From Candidatus Poribacteria bacterium (GTDB lineage Bacteria > Poribacteria > WGA-4E > UBA9662): a stretch of 64,000 nucleotides of DNA. The stretch covers positions 1,411-65,410 of the forward strand of contig JASMLX010000012.1 in assembly GCA_030748495.1 (NCBI GenBank), written 5' to 3'. The notes under the pieces were generated by a model that saw nothing but the letters and a program-made list of their open reading frames with translations, was not told where the DNA came from and did no database searches. The number at the start of each line of letters is the position of its first letter. Within the stretch, counting starts at the first letter, position 1. Both the position numbers and the translations under genes were made by a program. This document shows positions 36,660 to 47,055 of the stretch, piece after piece.

Positions 36660-39011
36660 ATGTCTTACGACCGAAAAATTGTGGCTGCTTGTCTCTTGTT
36701 GGCACTGCTCATCGGTTGTTTTACCCTTCTGAATATTCTTTTCCCTCTACCAAAAGAGAGGCTCTCCCGTGATTCTGCACCACAGTATTTAGACCGTCAC
36801 GGTCAAGTGGTGCGTATTTTTTTAGCCCCAGACGATAGTTGGCATCTACCACTCTCTAGCTTGGACCGGTTTTCACCCAGCTTGCAACAGGCGGTTTTGG
36901 CTTACGAAGACCGATGGTTCTACTGGCATCCGGGCGTTAACCCAATCTCGATCGCTCAAGCCCTGCTGGCTAATTTTCGGGCCAAACGGATCGTCCGGGG
37001 AGGTTCGACTATTACCATGCAATTGGCTCGCCTGATCGAACCCAAATCTCGTACCATACCCAATAAATTGGTTGAGGTTTTTCGTGCCATACAGATTGAA
37101 CTAACTCTATCTAAACGCCAAATTCTGACCGCTTACTTCAATCTGGCTCCGTACGGTGGCAATATAGTCGGTGCTTCAGCGGCTTCTCAGGCCTACTTCG
37201 GTAAATCGGTTGACCGACTCAGCCCGGGTGAATCCGCTTTGCTGGCTTGTCTGCCCAATTCGCCGACGCGTTTGAGACCTGACCTGTACCCGCAACGAAC
37301 TCAAACTGCACGGAATAAGGTCCTCCGGCGTATGTTAGGTCAGGGTAAAATCGATCTCACCGCCTTTCGAGAAGCATACAGCGAGCCGATTCCCGATCAG
37401 CGTCAGCCAATGCCTTTCCGTGCACCTCATCTGACCCGTTTTTTGCATAATAACCCCTTTCTGGCAACCCCAACTACCAAACCCGATTTGTCCACCGGCT
37501 CAACCGTTGTGCGGACAACCATCGATCTCCAAATCCAGACACTAGCCGAGGGAGTGCTGAATCAACATTTAGGACAACTTCGGCAACAGGATATTTCAAC
37601 TGGAGCAGTTGTAGTGATGGATACCCAAACCCGACAGGTTCTAGCATGGGTTGGGTCCAACAACTTTTTCGCCCGACGAGATCGGGGTCAAGTGGATGGT
37701 GTTTTAGCCCCACGGTCGCCGGGATCCGCTCTAAAACCTTTTGTCTACGCTCTGGCATTAGACAGCGGGGAAATTACACCAGCCAGTTTACTCAACGACG
37801 TCCCTGTTGATTATGCCGGCTATCATCCTGACAATTACGATGGTCAGCATCGGGGTTATGTAACGGTGCAGCAAGCCTTAGCCGAATCGCTGAATGTGCC
37901 CGCAGTTCAACTCTACGCCAGTTTAAAAGACGATGGTCTTTACGCTTTCCTACAGCAAGCGGGTGTAACCACACTGACCGAACCTAAAAGTCATTACGGC
38001 CTGCCGCTGATTTTGGGTAGTGCGGAAGTCAATCTGCTGGAACTCACTTCTCTTTACTGTGGGCTCGCTAATCTGGGATCTTTTGCTCCTTGCCACCTGA
38101 TATTAGACCAGTCTTTGGTTTCAAAGGAGCAACAGCTCTTAGGTCGAGAAGCCTGTTATATTCTGTCTGAAATGCTGTCTGAAGTACGACGACCTGATCT
38201 ACCTTCCAGCTACGAATCGACGCTTCATCTTCCCAAGGTCGCCTGGAAGACGGGGACCTCTTACGGGCACCGGGATGCCTGGAGTGTAGGCTACACACCG
38301 GATCTAACCGTTGGAGTCTGGGTGGGTAATTTTGATGGCCATGGCGCACCTGCCTTGGTTGGGTCGGAAGTGGCGGCTCCAATTCTATTTGACCTTTTCA
38401 GAAATCTTCAGGGGCAACAGCGGTGGTTTCGTCGCCCTTATCAGGTCAACCAGCGCAAGATTTGTACCTTGAGTGGCATGATAACAACCGACGCCTGTCC
38501 CAAAACTAGGACCGATTTTTATATCGTTGGCATTTCGCATTCAGATCCGTGCCAAATGCACCGGCGAGTGGTCATCGATGACCAGACCGGTTTTCGTCTC
38601 TGCTCGCACTGTCGTGTCGGGAGAAGCTATCAGCGGCAAACCTTTGAAATTTGGCCACCTGAAATTTCGACCTGGTTAAACCGGCGCGGTATAGCTGGTG
38701 CCACGATCCCTAAGCACAATCCGAATTGTAACGGGGTTGTCAGCGGTGCTGGACCAATTATCCGTTCACCGACCAAAGATACCCCATACAAAATTAGGGC
38801 TGGAATTTCGTTGGAATTCCAAAAAATCCTGTTGGAAGCGTCGGTATCCAATCAAACCCAGCAGGTTTACTGGTTCCTGGATGGTCAACTGGTATCTAGC
38901 GGCACGCCAACCAAGAAGGTTTTTATTGTACCTACGGTCGGAAAGCATAACTTAACCTGCATTGACGACGAAGGTAGATCAACCACACAGCTACTACGAA
39001 TTTTAAACTGA
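36660..39011 (+). CDS. pbpC: Penicillin-binding protein 1C (transglycosylase + transpeptidase + PbpC C-terminal domain)
   Basis: GT51 motifs (EDRWF..H.G.NP, GGSTITMQLAR), transpeptidase motifs (SPGSALKP, KTGTS) and ~780 aa with an extra C-terminal beta domain. Confidence 0.85.
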   Translation: MSYDRKIVAACLLLALLIGCFTLLNILFPLPKERLSRDSAPQYLDRHGQVVRIFLAPDDSWHLPLSSLDRFSPSLQQAVLAYEDRWFYWHPGVNPISIAQALLANFRAKRIVRGGSTITMQLARLIEPKSRTIPNKLVEVFRAIQIELTLSKRQILTAYFNLAPYGGNIVGASAASQAYFGKSVDRLSPGESALLACLPNSPTRLRPDLYPQRTQTARNKVLRRMLGQGKIDLTAFREAYSEPIPDQRQPMPFRAPHLTRFLHNNPFLATPTTKPDLSTGSTVVRTTIDLQIQTLAEGVLNQHLGQLRQQDISTGAVVVMDTQTRQVLAWVGSNNFFARRDRGQVDGVLAPRSPGSALKPFVYALALDSGEITPASLLNDVPVDYAGYHPDNYDGQHRGYVTVQQALAESLNVPAVQLYASLKDDGLYAFLQQAGVTTLTEPKSHYGLPLILGSAEVNLLELTSLYCGLANLGSFAPCHLILDQSLVSKEQQLLGREACYILSEMLSEVRRPDLPSSYESTLHLPKVAWKTGTSYGHRDAWSVGYTPDLTVGVWVGNFDGHGAPALVGSEVAAPILFDLFRNLQGQQRWFRRPYQVNQRKICTLSGMITTDACPKTRTDFYIVGISHSDPCQMHRRVVIDDQTGFRLCSHCRVGRSYQRQTFEIWPPEISTWLNRRGIAGATIPKHNPNCNGVVSGAGPIIRSPTKDTPYKIRAGISLEFQKILLEASVSNQTQQVYWFLDGQLVSSGTPTKKVFIVPTVGKHNLTCIDDEGRSTTQLLRILN

Positions 39012-39050
39012 CAATATCCATCCCGAACCGGGAGGAAGGGAGATCAGCCG

Positions 39051-39614
39051 ATGAAACAAAATTGGAAGCCGACCCTGCTTTGTGCAGGTTTGCTGGTACT
39101 AAGCGCCTGCCAGCAGTTGTTACAACCTCAGTCTTGGAGTCAAAATTACGCACGCTTGGAAGGTACAGCGGCTACATCCGCTGCCATGATCGATGGAGAC
39201 CATGAAACATCGGGGCTAGCTAAAGTCGTTAACCGTGGAGCCTCAGAAATTACGATTATCCTGCCAGCTAAGAAGCGGATCAGCAAAGTCGCCATCATTA
39301 GCAAACAGTTGAGTGATCCAAAGTTCAAGGGTAAAAGATGCAACCTATATACCATGAAGCAGGGAGATTGGAATTTGGTGGCACCGTTTTCGATTCAAGG
39401 GTTTCGGACGGAAGTCCGGTTTCCTGCGGTGGAAATCGACCAAATTCGCATTCAAGTTCCTTCCCGGCTCAGTTTTCGGGAGATGGGACGCATCGTTAAT
39501 CGGTACGGCGATATCCACAACCAGAAATACTACGACCCAACAGCACCGACCATAGAAGAGGTCGAACTCTATGGGCCGATTGAAACCGTGTTCGTTGAAC
39601 CCATGGTAGAATAG
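39051..39614 (+). CDS. Lipoprotein with galactose-binding/discoidin-like domain
   Basis: Lipobox LLVLSAC. The pattern is F5/8-type-C-like (A.MIDGD.ET....ITIILP....I.KV.I......W......IRI.V...IEEVELYG). Confidence 0.5.
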   Translation: MKQNWKPTLLCAGLLVLSACQQLLQPQSWSQNYARLEGTAATSAAMIDGDHETSGLAKVVNRGASEITIILPAKKRISKVAIISKQLSDPKFKGKRCNLYTMKQGDWNLVAPFSIQGFRTEVRFPAVEIDQIRIQVPSRLSFREMGRIVNRYGDIHNQKYYDPTAPTIEEVELYGPIETVFVEPMVE

Positions 39615-39670
39615 CGAATAAGTTAGCGGCAGCAAGTTTTTTCCCACGAACGGGTTGAGATAATAAAAAA

Positions 39671-39690
39671 GGGCAGTCAGCTGACTGCCC
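39671..39690. terminator. Bidirectional Rho-independent terminator between convergent genes
   Basis: Perfect palindrome GGGCAGTCAG/CTGACTGCCC, flanked by AAAAAA upstream and by TT downstream. Confidence 0.75.
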
Positions 39691-39719
39691 TTGGAAACAC
39701 ACGTTTGTTTGTTGGTAAT

Positions 39720-40730
39720 TTAGAAGGTCATTAGTGTTTCGACTGCGATTTCGGTCCCACCATCTTCTGCCAGGTGCTGTTTGACTTCGATTAGGGCCCC
39801 CCAGTTATCATTGAAAGAATAGGACGGGCTTACAGTGACCGAAGTTTCCATGTCTGCTTCATCCATCTTAATACCACTAAAACGGACGGTAACGGCAGCA
39901 GAATCTGTGACACCGTAGTTACACATACCGAGGAAGTGCATACCACCGACCCCCTCCGCACCCCAGTTACCAAGTAGATCAACTTCACCGGCAACGGTGA
40001 TTGGTCCTGCAGAATACATAACCCAAGCATTCAGTTCACTTTTCAGATAGGATTCGGCGGCTTCCGCTGTGGGTGCAGCAGGTACAGGAACCACAGCAGG
40101 TACAGCGGCTTTTGGTGCGGCTGCCGGTTTAGTGATGTCACCGGCAAAACCAACTTTAGCAGTTAAACCTTCAATTGGCGTTAATGCTAACTGAGCTTCA
40201 AAACCGGGGTTGTTGAGATCGGTGTCACCGCTATCCCAAACACCGGATACCACGGAGGCATAGACACCTATTATGTCTGAGGGGCTGATGTTAAGTGCAA
40301 CGCCGTTTTGATAACCGGGGTATGGAATACCAGTTGACCAAGAGTATTGATACATATCGACGGGTTCAGCGGCTTCAAAACCGATGCAGCTTAAAAAGCG
40401 ACCGGTGGTGATGCTGATTTGATCAGACAGGGCGTAAGAAACAAATGCTTGTTCTAAGGTGATAGCATCATTACCGTTGATGTCAGCTTGAGCAGACAAT
40501 TTGTCAAAGCTAAATTTAAGATCGACTTCCAACTGGTCATAACCGGCAAAAGCTGCTATGTCATCACCACCCAGCGTTGCACCGGCTGACATATCCAAGA
40601 AACCGTCAATTGAGAAGTTATCGCTAATTTCTATTGCATCAGCAGATGTAGGGGCAAAAAATACAGAAATACATAAGGCTAAACCGAGCGTTAAGCCTCT
40701 TTGTAGATGTTTCGGAATTGTAAAACTCAA
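39720..40730 (-). CDS. Putative outer-membrane porin encoded downstream of amt
   Basis: Signal peptide (ALCISVFFAPTSADA), alternating beta-strand pattern, an Ala/Pro-rich loop, and a C-terminal ...ETLMTF aromatic terminus typical of OM beta-barrels. Confidence 0.6.
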   Translation of the reverse strand: MSFTIPKHLQRGLTLGLALCISVFFAPTSADAIEISDNFSIDGFLDMSAGATLGGDDIAAFAGYDQLEVDLKFSFDKLSAQADINGNDAITLEQAFVSYALSDQISITTGRFLSCIGFEAAEPVDMYQYSWSTGIPYPGYQNGVALNISPSDIIGVYASVVSGVWDSGDTDLNNPGFEAQLALTPIEGLTAKVGFAGDITKPAAAPKAAVPAVVPVPAAPTAEAAESYLKSELNAWVMYSAGPITVAGEVDLLGNWGAEGVGGMHFLGMCNYGVTDSAAVTVRFSGIKMDEADMETSVTVSPSYSFNDNWGALIEVKQHLAEDGGTEIAVETLMTF

Positions 40731-41056
40731 GTTAGACCTCCTAAAGTCTAGGTTTTATATTCAAAAATTAGAAATTGTTGCCATCAACATTAAGTCGCCT
40801 GGCAATCCATAAGATAGCTCTCTATCTCCGTTTGAAATTGATGTGATTTGAAGCCTCGTTAACGCAACTAAACAAAAACGTCTATAACGCATTAACCGAC
40901 ACCGTATAGTCAACGTATCTATGCGAATTGGGTTTCAGTTAGAGAAATCAGGCTTGGTTCAATGGGTTAAACCGAAAGAAATGGTAATTTAGCAACGAGG
41001 CCGCCCTATTTACCCAGGTCGTACAATCCCCTTAGAGTCACCAATACGGTCACCTT

Positions 41057-42421
41057 CTATTCGAAGGCTGTACTTCCGACGTAACCAACAATACCGTGTT
41101 CACTCCGGTCAAGACCTTCGATTTCTTCCTCTTCTTCAACTCTCATACCGATGGTGGCTTTAATAAGTGAGAACATCACATAGCTGACACCAAAAGCCCA
41201 GACAAAACCAGCAAATACACCAATCAGTTGGCTGACCAATTGGGCGAGACCAGCTTCTTTACTTAAGAGCCCAATTGCTAAGGTCCCCCAAGCGCCGCAA
41301 ACACCATGCACTGAGATAGCACCGACAGGGTCGTCTATCTTCAGATTATCAAAGAAGATTACCGATCCAACCACTAGATAGCCACCAACCAAGCCTGTCA
41401 AAGCCGCCATGGCAGGGGTCATCACATCGCAACCAGCGGTGATCGACACTAGGCCAGCTAAAGCCCCATTCAAAGCTAAAGACGGGTCTGGTTTTTTGAA
41501 TAGAATCCAGCTCAATATTCCAGCCCCAATTGCACCTGCGGCGGCTGCCAAGTTAGTGGTAACAGCGATGTAGGCCATGTCTCCCCCTACAGCAGTCGTG
41601 CTACCGGGGTTAAATCCGAACCAGCCTAACCACAGGATAAAGACGCCCAGTGCCCCCATAGGAATATTGTGACTTGGAATCGGATTCACCTTTCCATCTT
41701 CTCCGTATTTACCCTTACGGGCGCCAACAACAATAGCTCCGGCTAGGGCCGCCCAACCACCAACAGAGTGGACTACGGTAGAACCGGCGAAATCGAGGAA
41801 TGGCGTGGATAGATTTTCTAACCAACCGCCTCCAGCGAAGAGTCCGCCCCAGGCCCATGAACCGAAAATAGGATAGATAAATCCACAGATAATAATGGAA
41901 TACACTAGGTAGGCAGAGAACTTGGTTCGTTCGGCCACAGCCCCACTAACAATGGTAGCCGCAGTCGCACAGAAAACGGTTTGAAAAATCAGAAAGGCCC
42001 AGTTGAAACCTTCCGAATTACCGGTGGCTTTAGCGGCATCGGAACTAGCATCAAAGAAGAAAAAACCGGAGCCAATCCAACCACTGGAAATACCAAACAT
42101 CAAACCGAAACCAAACATCCAAAAAATGATAGAACCAAGGGAGATGTCCATCAGGTTTTTCATGATAATGTTACAAACATTTTTAGCCCGGGTAAAACCG
42201 GCCTCAACCATGGCAAAACCTGCTTGCATAAAGAAAACCAAAAAAGCTGCCAGGCAGGTCCAGAGAATGTTGGCCTCATCCCGAAGTGTTGCCAGAGAAT
42301 CTGTTTCCTCGGCTGCTGCCGTATTAACCATAAAACCGAGAGTTAAATATAAAACAGCAACTGCTGTTAAACTAAACCATCCAAACCGTCTGACTGGTTT
42401 CATTGCCTTAATACCCTCCAT
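41057..42421 (-). CDS. amt: Ammonium transporter (Amt family)
   Basis: AFLVFFMQAGFAMVEAG, DFAGSTVVH.VGG.AAL and HGVCGAWG are Amt signatures. The protein has 11-12 TM helices. The start may instead be the ATG at 42403. Confidence 0.9.
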   Translation of the reverse strand: MEGIKAMKPVRRFGWFSLTAVAVLYLTLGFMVNTAAAEETDSLATLRDEANILWTCLAAFLVFFMQAGFAMVEAGFTRAKNVCNIIMKNLMDISLGSIIFWMFGFGLMFGISSGWIGSGFFFFDASSDAAKATGNSEGFNWAFLIFQTVFCATAATIVSGAVAERTKFSAYLVYSIIICGFIYPIFGSWAWGGLFAGGGWLENLSTPFLDFAGSTVVHSVGGWAALAGAIVVGARKGKYGEDGKVNPIPSHNIPMGALGVFILWLGWFGFNPGSTTAVGGDMAYIAVTTNLAAAAGAIGAGILSWILFKKPDPSLALNGALAGLVSITAGCDVMTPAMAALTGLVGGYLVVGSVIFFDNLKIDDPVGAISVHGVCGAWGTLAIGLLSKEAGLAQLVSQLIGVFAGFVWAFGVSYVMFSLIKATIGMRVEEEEEIEGLDRSEHGIVGYVGSTAFE

Positions 42422-42577
42422 TAACGTGATGTACGTAGGTTTTTAGTAATTTCGATCTAGAATTAGGCTAGTTGTTAGAGCCATTCTAAGAATGAGCGGC
42501 AATCTTGTTACGCACAAATCTTGCAGTCCATGTCTTTAGTTGATAGAATAGCGTTGACCACGCCCTGAGCAGCAAGG

Positions 42578-42593
42578 AGCAACAAGTATGCCA
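42578..42593 (-). promoter_or_regulatory. Sigma-54 (-24/-12) promoter upstream of amt
   Basis: The minus strand reads TGGCAT-ACTTG-TTGCT (consensus TGGCAC-N5-TTGCW), about 155 nt upstream of the amt ATG. Confidence 0.6.
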
Positions 42594-42688
42594 TCGTCCA
42601 TATATCTTCAGGGCAAGCAATCATGGGGATAGTTGCTTTTGGCTGCCCTTTTTTTCATCAACTTTATGCTTAAGAAACAATCGGATCT

Positions 42689-44038
42689 ATGTGGACCTCT
42701 GCTCCATTGAGACTACTGTTAATTACATTGATTGGTGGGGCCCTCCGATTATGGCAATTGGGCAGTTGGAGTTTCTGGCAGGACGAAGTACTGACCTTTT
42801 TTGATGCCCGGCAATTCTCGCTGGCACATTTCCAAATCAATCCAATTCCTTATTTGGCAGTCAAGGTTTCCATGGCCATCAGTGGTCCGAACGAGTTTGG
42901 TGCGCGCCTGATTCCTGCGCTGGTTGGGATTTTGACCATTCCTTTGACCTACTTATTGGGTAAGGTGATCTACAATCAGAGAGTAGGTATGTGGAGTGCT
43001 GGTTTTTTATCGGTCTGCCACTGGCATCTGTTCTGGTCACAGAATGCGAGATCCTATATTTTCACCTGTTTCTTTGCCGCTTTGACAGCTATCTGCTTTT
43101 TTCAGGCCATCGAAAAAAAACAGGTTCGGTGGGCGATCTTATCACTGGTTTCAGTCAGTTTGCTGATCATGTCACACATTCTGGCGGGCGTGATGATGGG
43201 CAGTTTAGTCGCCTATGTTGTTTACCTGTTTTTTACCGAGCGGAAGCAACTTACGTTGGATCGATGGAAGGTTTACACTATCTTCTTTTCACCCTTTGCC
43301 TTATCGACCACACTACTAATTTGGCCCTACTTTCGACAATATCTGTTCTCAGGCTGGGGACATAACGAGTGGAACCGTAGTTTGATCTACATTATGATGA
43401 CACTGGTTTACGGACTTAGCCTGCCGGTAGCGGTAACAGCCTTGTTAGCGGTCTTGGCTCGACCGATTTCCCGTGATAAGGTCTTCTTGCTCTGTTACTG
43501 TGGGGTACCGTTGGTTTTCTTTAGCATCTCCTCTTTTTTCCTCAATGTGGCAGGCTATTATCTATTTTTTACACTACCTGGATATGTGGTGCTGGCGGCT
43601 TGGATTTGCGATCAAATTTGGATTACACAATCGAAACTGCTTTTTCGCCTTGCATTACCATCAGTAATTGTGCTGACCCTAGTTTCGCAGGTTTACCTCT
43701 ATTTTCAACTTGAACACGGAGGAAGACCTCGATGGAAAGCAGCATTTGAGACAATTCAGACTCAATTTCAAGCTGAGGATCGTTTAGTTAGTTCACTAAC
43801 CGAGATGAGCGATTTTTATCTACCTTCAGCTAAATCGTTGAAAATTGAGCCGATCAAAATGCCGGATTCGCTTCCGGCAGGTCGAACTTGGTTTGTGGTC
43901 GACAATGATCGCTTCAACGTCTTTGACCCGACATATGACTTTCGGCAAAGACTGCAACAGCGAGCCAGGTTGGTGGCGTCATTTCCAGCTGTCATCAGAT
44001 TTAAAGATCGAAAAATTGACCTATACCTGCTAGAATAA
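42689..44038 (+). CDS. Integral-membrane glycosyltransferase, ArnT/PMT-like (GT39/GT83-type)
   Basis: About 12 hydrophobic helices. The N-terminal LRLWQLGSWSFWQDEV loop has the acidic DE motif typical of lipid-linked-sugar glycosyltransferases. Confidence 0.6.
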   Translation: MWTSAPLRLLLITLIGGALRLWQLGSWSFWQDEVLTFFDARQFSLAHFQINPIPYLAVKVSMAISGPNEFGARLIPALVGILTIPLTYLLGKVIYNQRVGMWSAGFLSVCHWHLFWSQNARSYIFTCFFAALTAICFFQAIEKKQVRWAILSLVSVSLLIMSHILAGVMMGSLVAYVVYLFFTERKQLTLDRWKVYTIFFSPFALSTTLLIWPYFRQYLFSGWGHNEWNRSLIYIMMTLVYGLSLPVAVTALLAVLARPISRDKVFLLCYCGVPLVFFSISSFFLNVAGYYLFFTLPGYVVLAAWICDQIWITQSKLLFRLALPSVIVLTLVSQVYLYFQLEHGGRPRWKAAFETIQTQFQAEDRLVSSLTEMSDFYLPSAKSLKIEPIKMPDSLPAGRTWFVVDNDRFNVFDPTYDFRQRLQQRARLVASFPAVIRFKDRKIDLYLLE

Positions 44039-44661
44039 AAGCGAAAAACCGCCAGCACAGTGCGCTCTCACTGTCGGACTTTTTGCGCATATAGAATCGG
44101 CCAGTTGAAGGTGTCCCGTATTCTTTCGGCGCGTTACCGTGACCGTCGTAAGCGTTTAGCCTTACATTTTGGTTTGATGGCTGCAATCTACAACCGCAAA
44201 CTCTGCTTTGCGCTAACTTCTTAACTTTATGCAAGAGGTGTGGTTTATTTCATCCTTAAACAGCTAAAAAATTAAAACGATGACGAAAGGAGAAATAGAT
44301 TGAGAATTTTACCCGTTTTACCAATTGTTGGCTTGACGGGCCTTTTTAGCCTTATGACCATCTCCTGGCTAGGCCCAAGAAGAATCCCTGGTTCTGTATT
44401 TCTCATTTGATAAGGAGGTGAAGGAAAAAATCAAAGACCTCTCGCTTCACCAGAGTAATGGTCAAATCTCCGGCAACCCATTTGTATGCAAGAGGCTCCA
44501 CAGTTTGAGAATTTTGCAAAAAAATAACGCTTGTTGAAATAATTTGTTGAAATAAACGGCATTTTGCAGCATTTTTCCGATCCAATTCACAATTTTTCTT
44601 GTAGATTGACCTGTTTTCACGCATAATATACACATCAATATTTCAGAAAGGAGAGTACACA

Positions 44662-45240
44662 GTGCGAAAACACGTGATTGGGCGGCTACTATTGATCTGT
44701 AGCTTCATCATTGCCTGTGGTGGCGATGAAGTGAATACGGTCACCAAATCCAAAGCCACAACTGGTGAGAAAACGGAGGATGTGGTCGCTGCCGTCGAAA
44801 TCGACTTTGTGGCTGAAGATAAGGCAATCAACCAAACCTTGAAGGATCAGAACGCTGCTATCAGTGGCAAAGAATTGGACGATATTATGGTGTACTGGGT
44901 CAAAAGCGAGAGTAAAGATATTTTTACCGCTTGGACTTTCTGGGCCGGTACCTTCGAAAAGAACGAGGGCTGGAAAGCTGTCAAAAATGGTTGGGTTGGA
45001 ATCTTTAAACTTCGTGCAGGCGAGATGACCGTCGAAGTCTTAAGCCTGGAAATTGACTCTCGTGCTAAAAATTCTGTCCTGCATGGGAAATACAAATGGG
45101 GAGGACAACAAGGCGAATTGCTGGCCGCTTTCCAGAAGAAGAAAGACAAATGGCAAATTCGTGCCATCGATTTTACCAACGGCCGTTTTGGGAAGCAGAT
45201 CAAAAAATTGCAAGATCCCGCCTATAAAAATCCACAGTAG
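44662..45240 (+). CDS. Lipoprotein, hypothetical (possibly NTF2/SnoaL-like fold)
   Basis: GTG start after AGGAG. Lipobox FIIACGG. No catalytic motif recognised. Confidence 0.5.
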   Translation: MRKHVIGRLLLICSFIIACGGDEVNTVTKSKATTGEKTEDVVAAVEIDFVAEDKAINQTLKDQNAAISGKELDDIMVYWVKSESKDIFTAWTFWAGTFEKNEGWKAVKNGWVGIFKLRAGEMTVEVLSLEIDSRAKNSVLHGKYKWGGQQGELLAAFQKKKDKWQIRAIDFTNGRFGKQIKKLQDPAYKNPQ

Positions 45241-47055
45241 GTGGTAGTTAGAGGACAGAGTCTTTTCTTAAGGAGAAGGAACGTATTGTACGCTAGTCAC
45301 CTTCAAGAGAGGATTCAATGGATTTACTGGTCGTTAACGGTATTTTTAGCGGTCAGCATGGTCTCTGAAGTCGGAGCACAAGCCGTTTTCTTTCGGGATG
45401 TCGCTGCTCAGGCTGGTATCGACTTCACCTATTCCCAGGGAGGCCGCTCCTCTCTTCTAGTCGAGGATATGGGCCCTGGAGCCGCTTTCGTCGACTACGA
45501 CAATGACGGTGACCTAGACCTTTATCTGGTGAATTCGCCAGGGCCTTTAAAAGCCAAAGTTACAGTTGATTCGCCAACCAATATGCTGTACCGCAACAAC
45601 GGTAACGGTACCTTCACCGATGTTACGGCTCAAGCGGGTGTTGGTCATCAAGGATTTGGAATTGGCTGCGTTTTCGGCGATTACGATAACGATGGCGATT
45701 CCGATCTGTACGTGACTAACTATGGGCCTAATGCTTTGTACCGCAACAACAGCGATAGTACCTTCACCGATGTTACCGTCCGAGCCGGGGTTGCGGATGA
45801 ACGTCAATCTTCGACTGGCTGGAGTTGTGGTGCCGCCTTCGGCGATTACGATCAAGACGGTTTTTTGGATCTGTATGTTCCCAACTACGTAGTTTACGAT
45901 CTCGACTCGCTAGAAAAGATGCAGAAAGATTCAAAGCGAGCGGGGCAAGCGATCCCCAGTGCTTTGAACCCACACGTCTTTGAGCCGCAAGACAACATAC
46001 TCTACCACAATAATGGCGACGGCACTTTCACCGATGTCACTGCCCAACTCGGTGTTGCGGCCGAGGGTGGACGGAGTTTGCAGGCTCTCTTTACAGATTT
46101 CGATCTGGATAACGATTTAGACCTCTATATAGCCAACGATACGTCAGCTAATTTTTTATACCAAAACAACGGCGACGGTACTTTCACCGACGTCAGTCAG
46201 GCCTCTTGGGCGGCTGACTTTCGCGGCTCGATGGGATTGGCCAGCGGCGATTACGACAACGACGGGGATCTGGATCTGTTTATTAGCCACTGGATCGATG
46301 AAGAAAACGCCCTGTACAACAACCTTTGGAAAGACGAAGGGATGCTGATTCAACCCGATCGAACCGATTCTAATCAGCAGGCCGACCCAATGCTAATCCG
46401 GCTAGTGGACGAATCCTACGGTGCGGCCTTGGCTGAGGAGAGTGTCAAGTACATCGGTTGGGGAACAGATCTGTTTGACTTTGACAACGACGGTGACCTT
46501 GATATTTTTGTGGCTAATGGTAGTACCTTTCAAGAACTTAACCATCCTCAGTTTCTGATTGCTCAACAGGATCAACTGTTCCAGAACGAAGGTGATCGCA
46601 TGTTTGCAGAGATTACTGAATCCTCTGGCCTGACGACGCTTCCCTTACGGGTCGGAAGAGGGGTGGCCTTCGGCGACTACGATAACGACGGCGATGTTGA
46701 CCTGGTCGTCTGTAATAACAACGGTCGCCCTTTTTTACTCCGTAACGAAGTTGGCAATCGCAACAATTGGTTGCAGGTCAAGCTAGTCGGTACTGAAAGC
46801 AACCGTGACGCAATCGGGGCAAAGGTTCGCCTTAAGTCGAAGGCTAGCGGCCAAACCCAACTGCGCGAGATTAACGCCGGTAGCAGCTACCTCTCTTTCA
46901 ACAGCTTAACGGCTGAGTTCGGCCTTGGCGACGACACCGGCATCAATTGGGTAGAGGTAGTCTGGCCTGGTGGTCGTGTAAGTCGGCATCAAAACATTCC
47001 AGTTAATCAAAAAGTGGTCATCACCGAAGGCATATCCTCCACGGAAAGCGAATGA
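45241..47055 (+). CDS. FG-GAP/VCBS repeat protein with ASPIC/UnbV C-terminal domain (CRTAC1 family)
   Basis: Repeated FGDYDNDGDLDLY..N and LY.NNGDGTFTDVT units, and a C-terminal GA.V.L.......Q..E...GSSYLS motif. The start is uncertain. TTG at 45286 after AAGGAG gives a better signal peptide. Confidence 0.85.
   Translation: MVVRGQSLFLRRRNVLYASHLQERIQWIYWSLTVFLAVSMVSEVGAQAVFFRDVAAQAGIDFTYSQGGRSSLLVEDMGPGAAFVDYDNDGDLDLYLVNSPGPLKAKVTVDSPTNMLYRNNGNGTFTDVTAQAGVGHQGFGIGCVFGDYDNDGDSDLYVTNYGPNALYRNNSDSTFTDVTVRAGVADERQSSTGWSCGAAFGDYDQDGFLDLYVPNYVVYDLDSLEKMQKDSKRAGQAIPSALNPHVFEPQDNILYHNNGDGTFTDVTAQLGVAAEGGRSLQALFTDFDLDNDLDLYIANDTSANFLYQNNGDGTFTDVSQASWAADFRGSMGLASGDYDNDGDLDLFISHWIDEENALYNNLWKDEGMLIQPDRTDSNQQADPMLIRLVDESYGAALAEESVKYIGWGTDLFDFDNDGDLDIFVANGSTFQELNHPQFLIAQQDQLFQNEGDRMFAEITESSGLTTLPLRVGRGVAFGDYDNDGDVDLVVCNNNGRPFLLRNEVGNRNNWLQVKLVGTESNRDAIGAKVRLKSKASGQTQLREINAGSSYLSFNSLTAEFGLGDDTGINWVEVVWPGGRVSRHQNIPVNQKVVITEGISSTESE

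Noticed and set aside
44039-44661. A 620-nt gap with small minus-strand ORFs (44001..44234 and 44403..44633) and a GCAAACTCTGCTTTGCGCTAA stretch that briefly suggested a tmRNA tag or another ncRNA.
   Set aside because: It lacks tmRNA 5'/3' tRNA-like ends and an ...ALAA-type tag. The ORFs lack an RBS and look like low-complexity random frames. It is most simply the promoter/5' region of 44662..45240.
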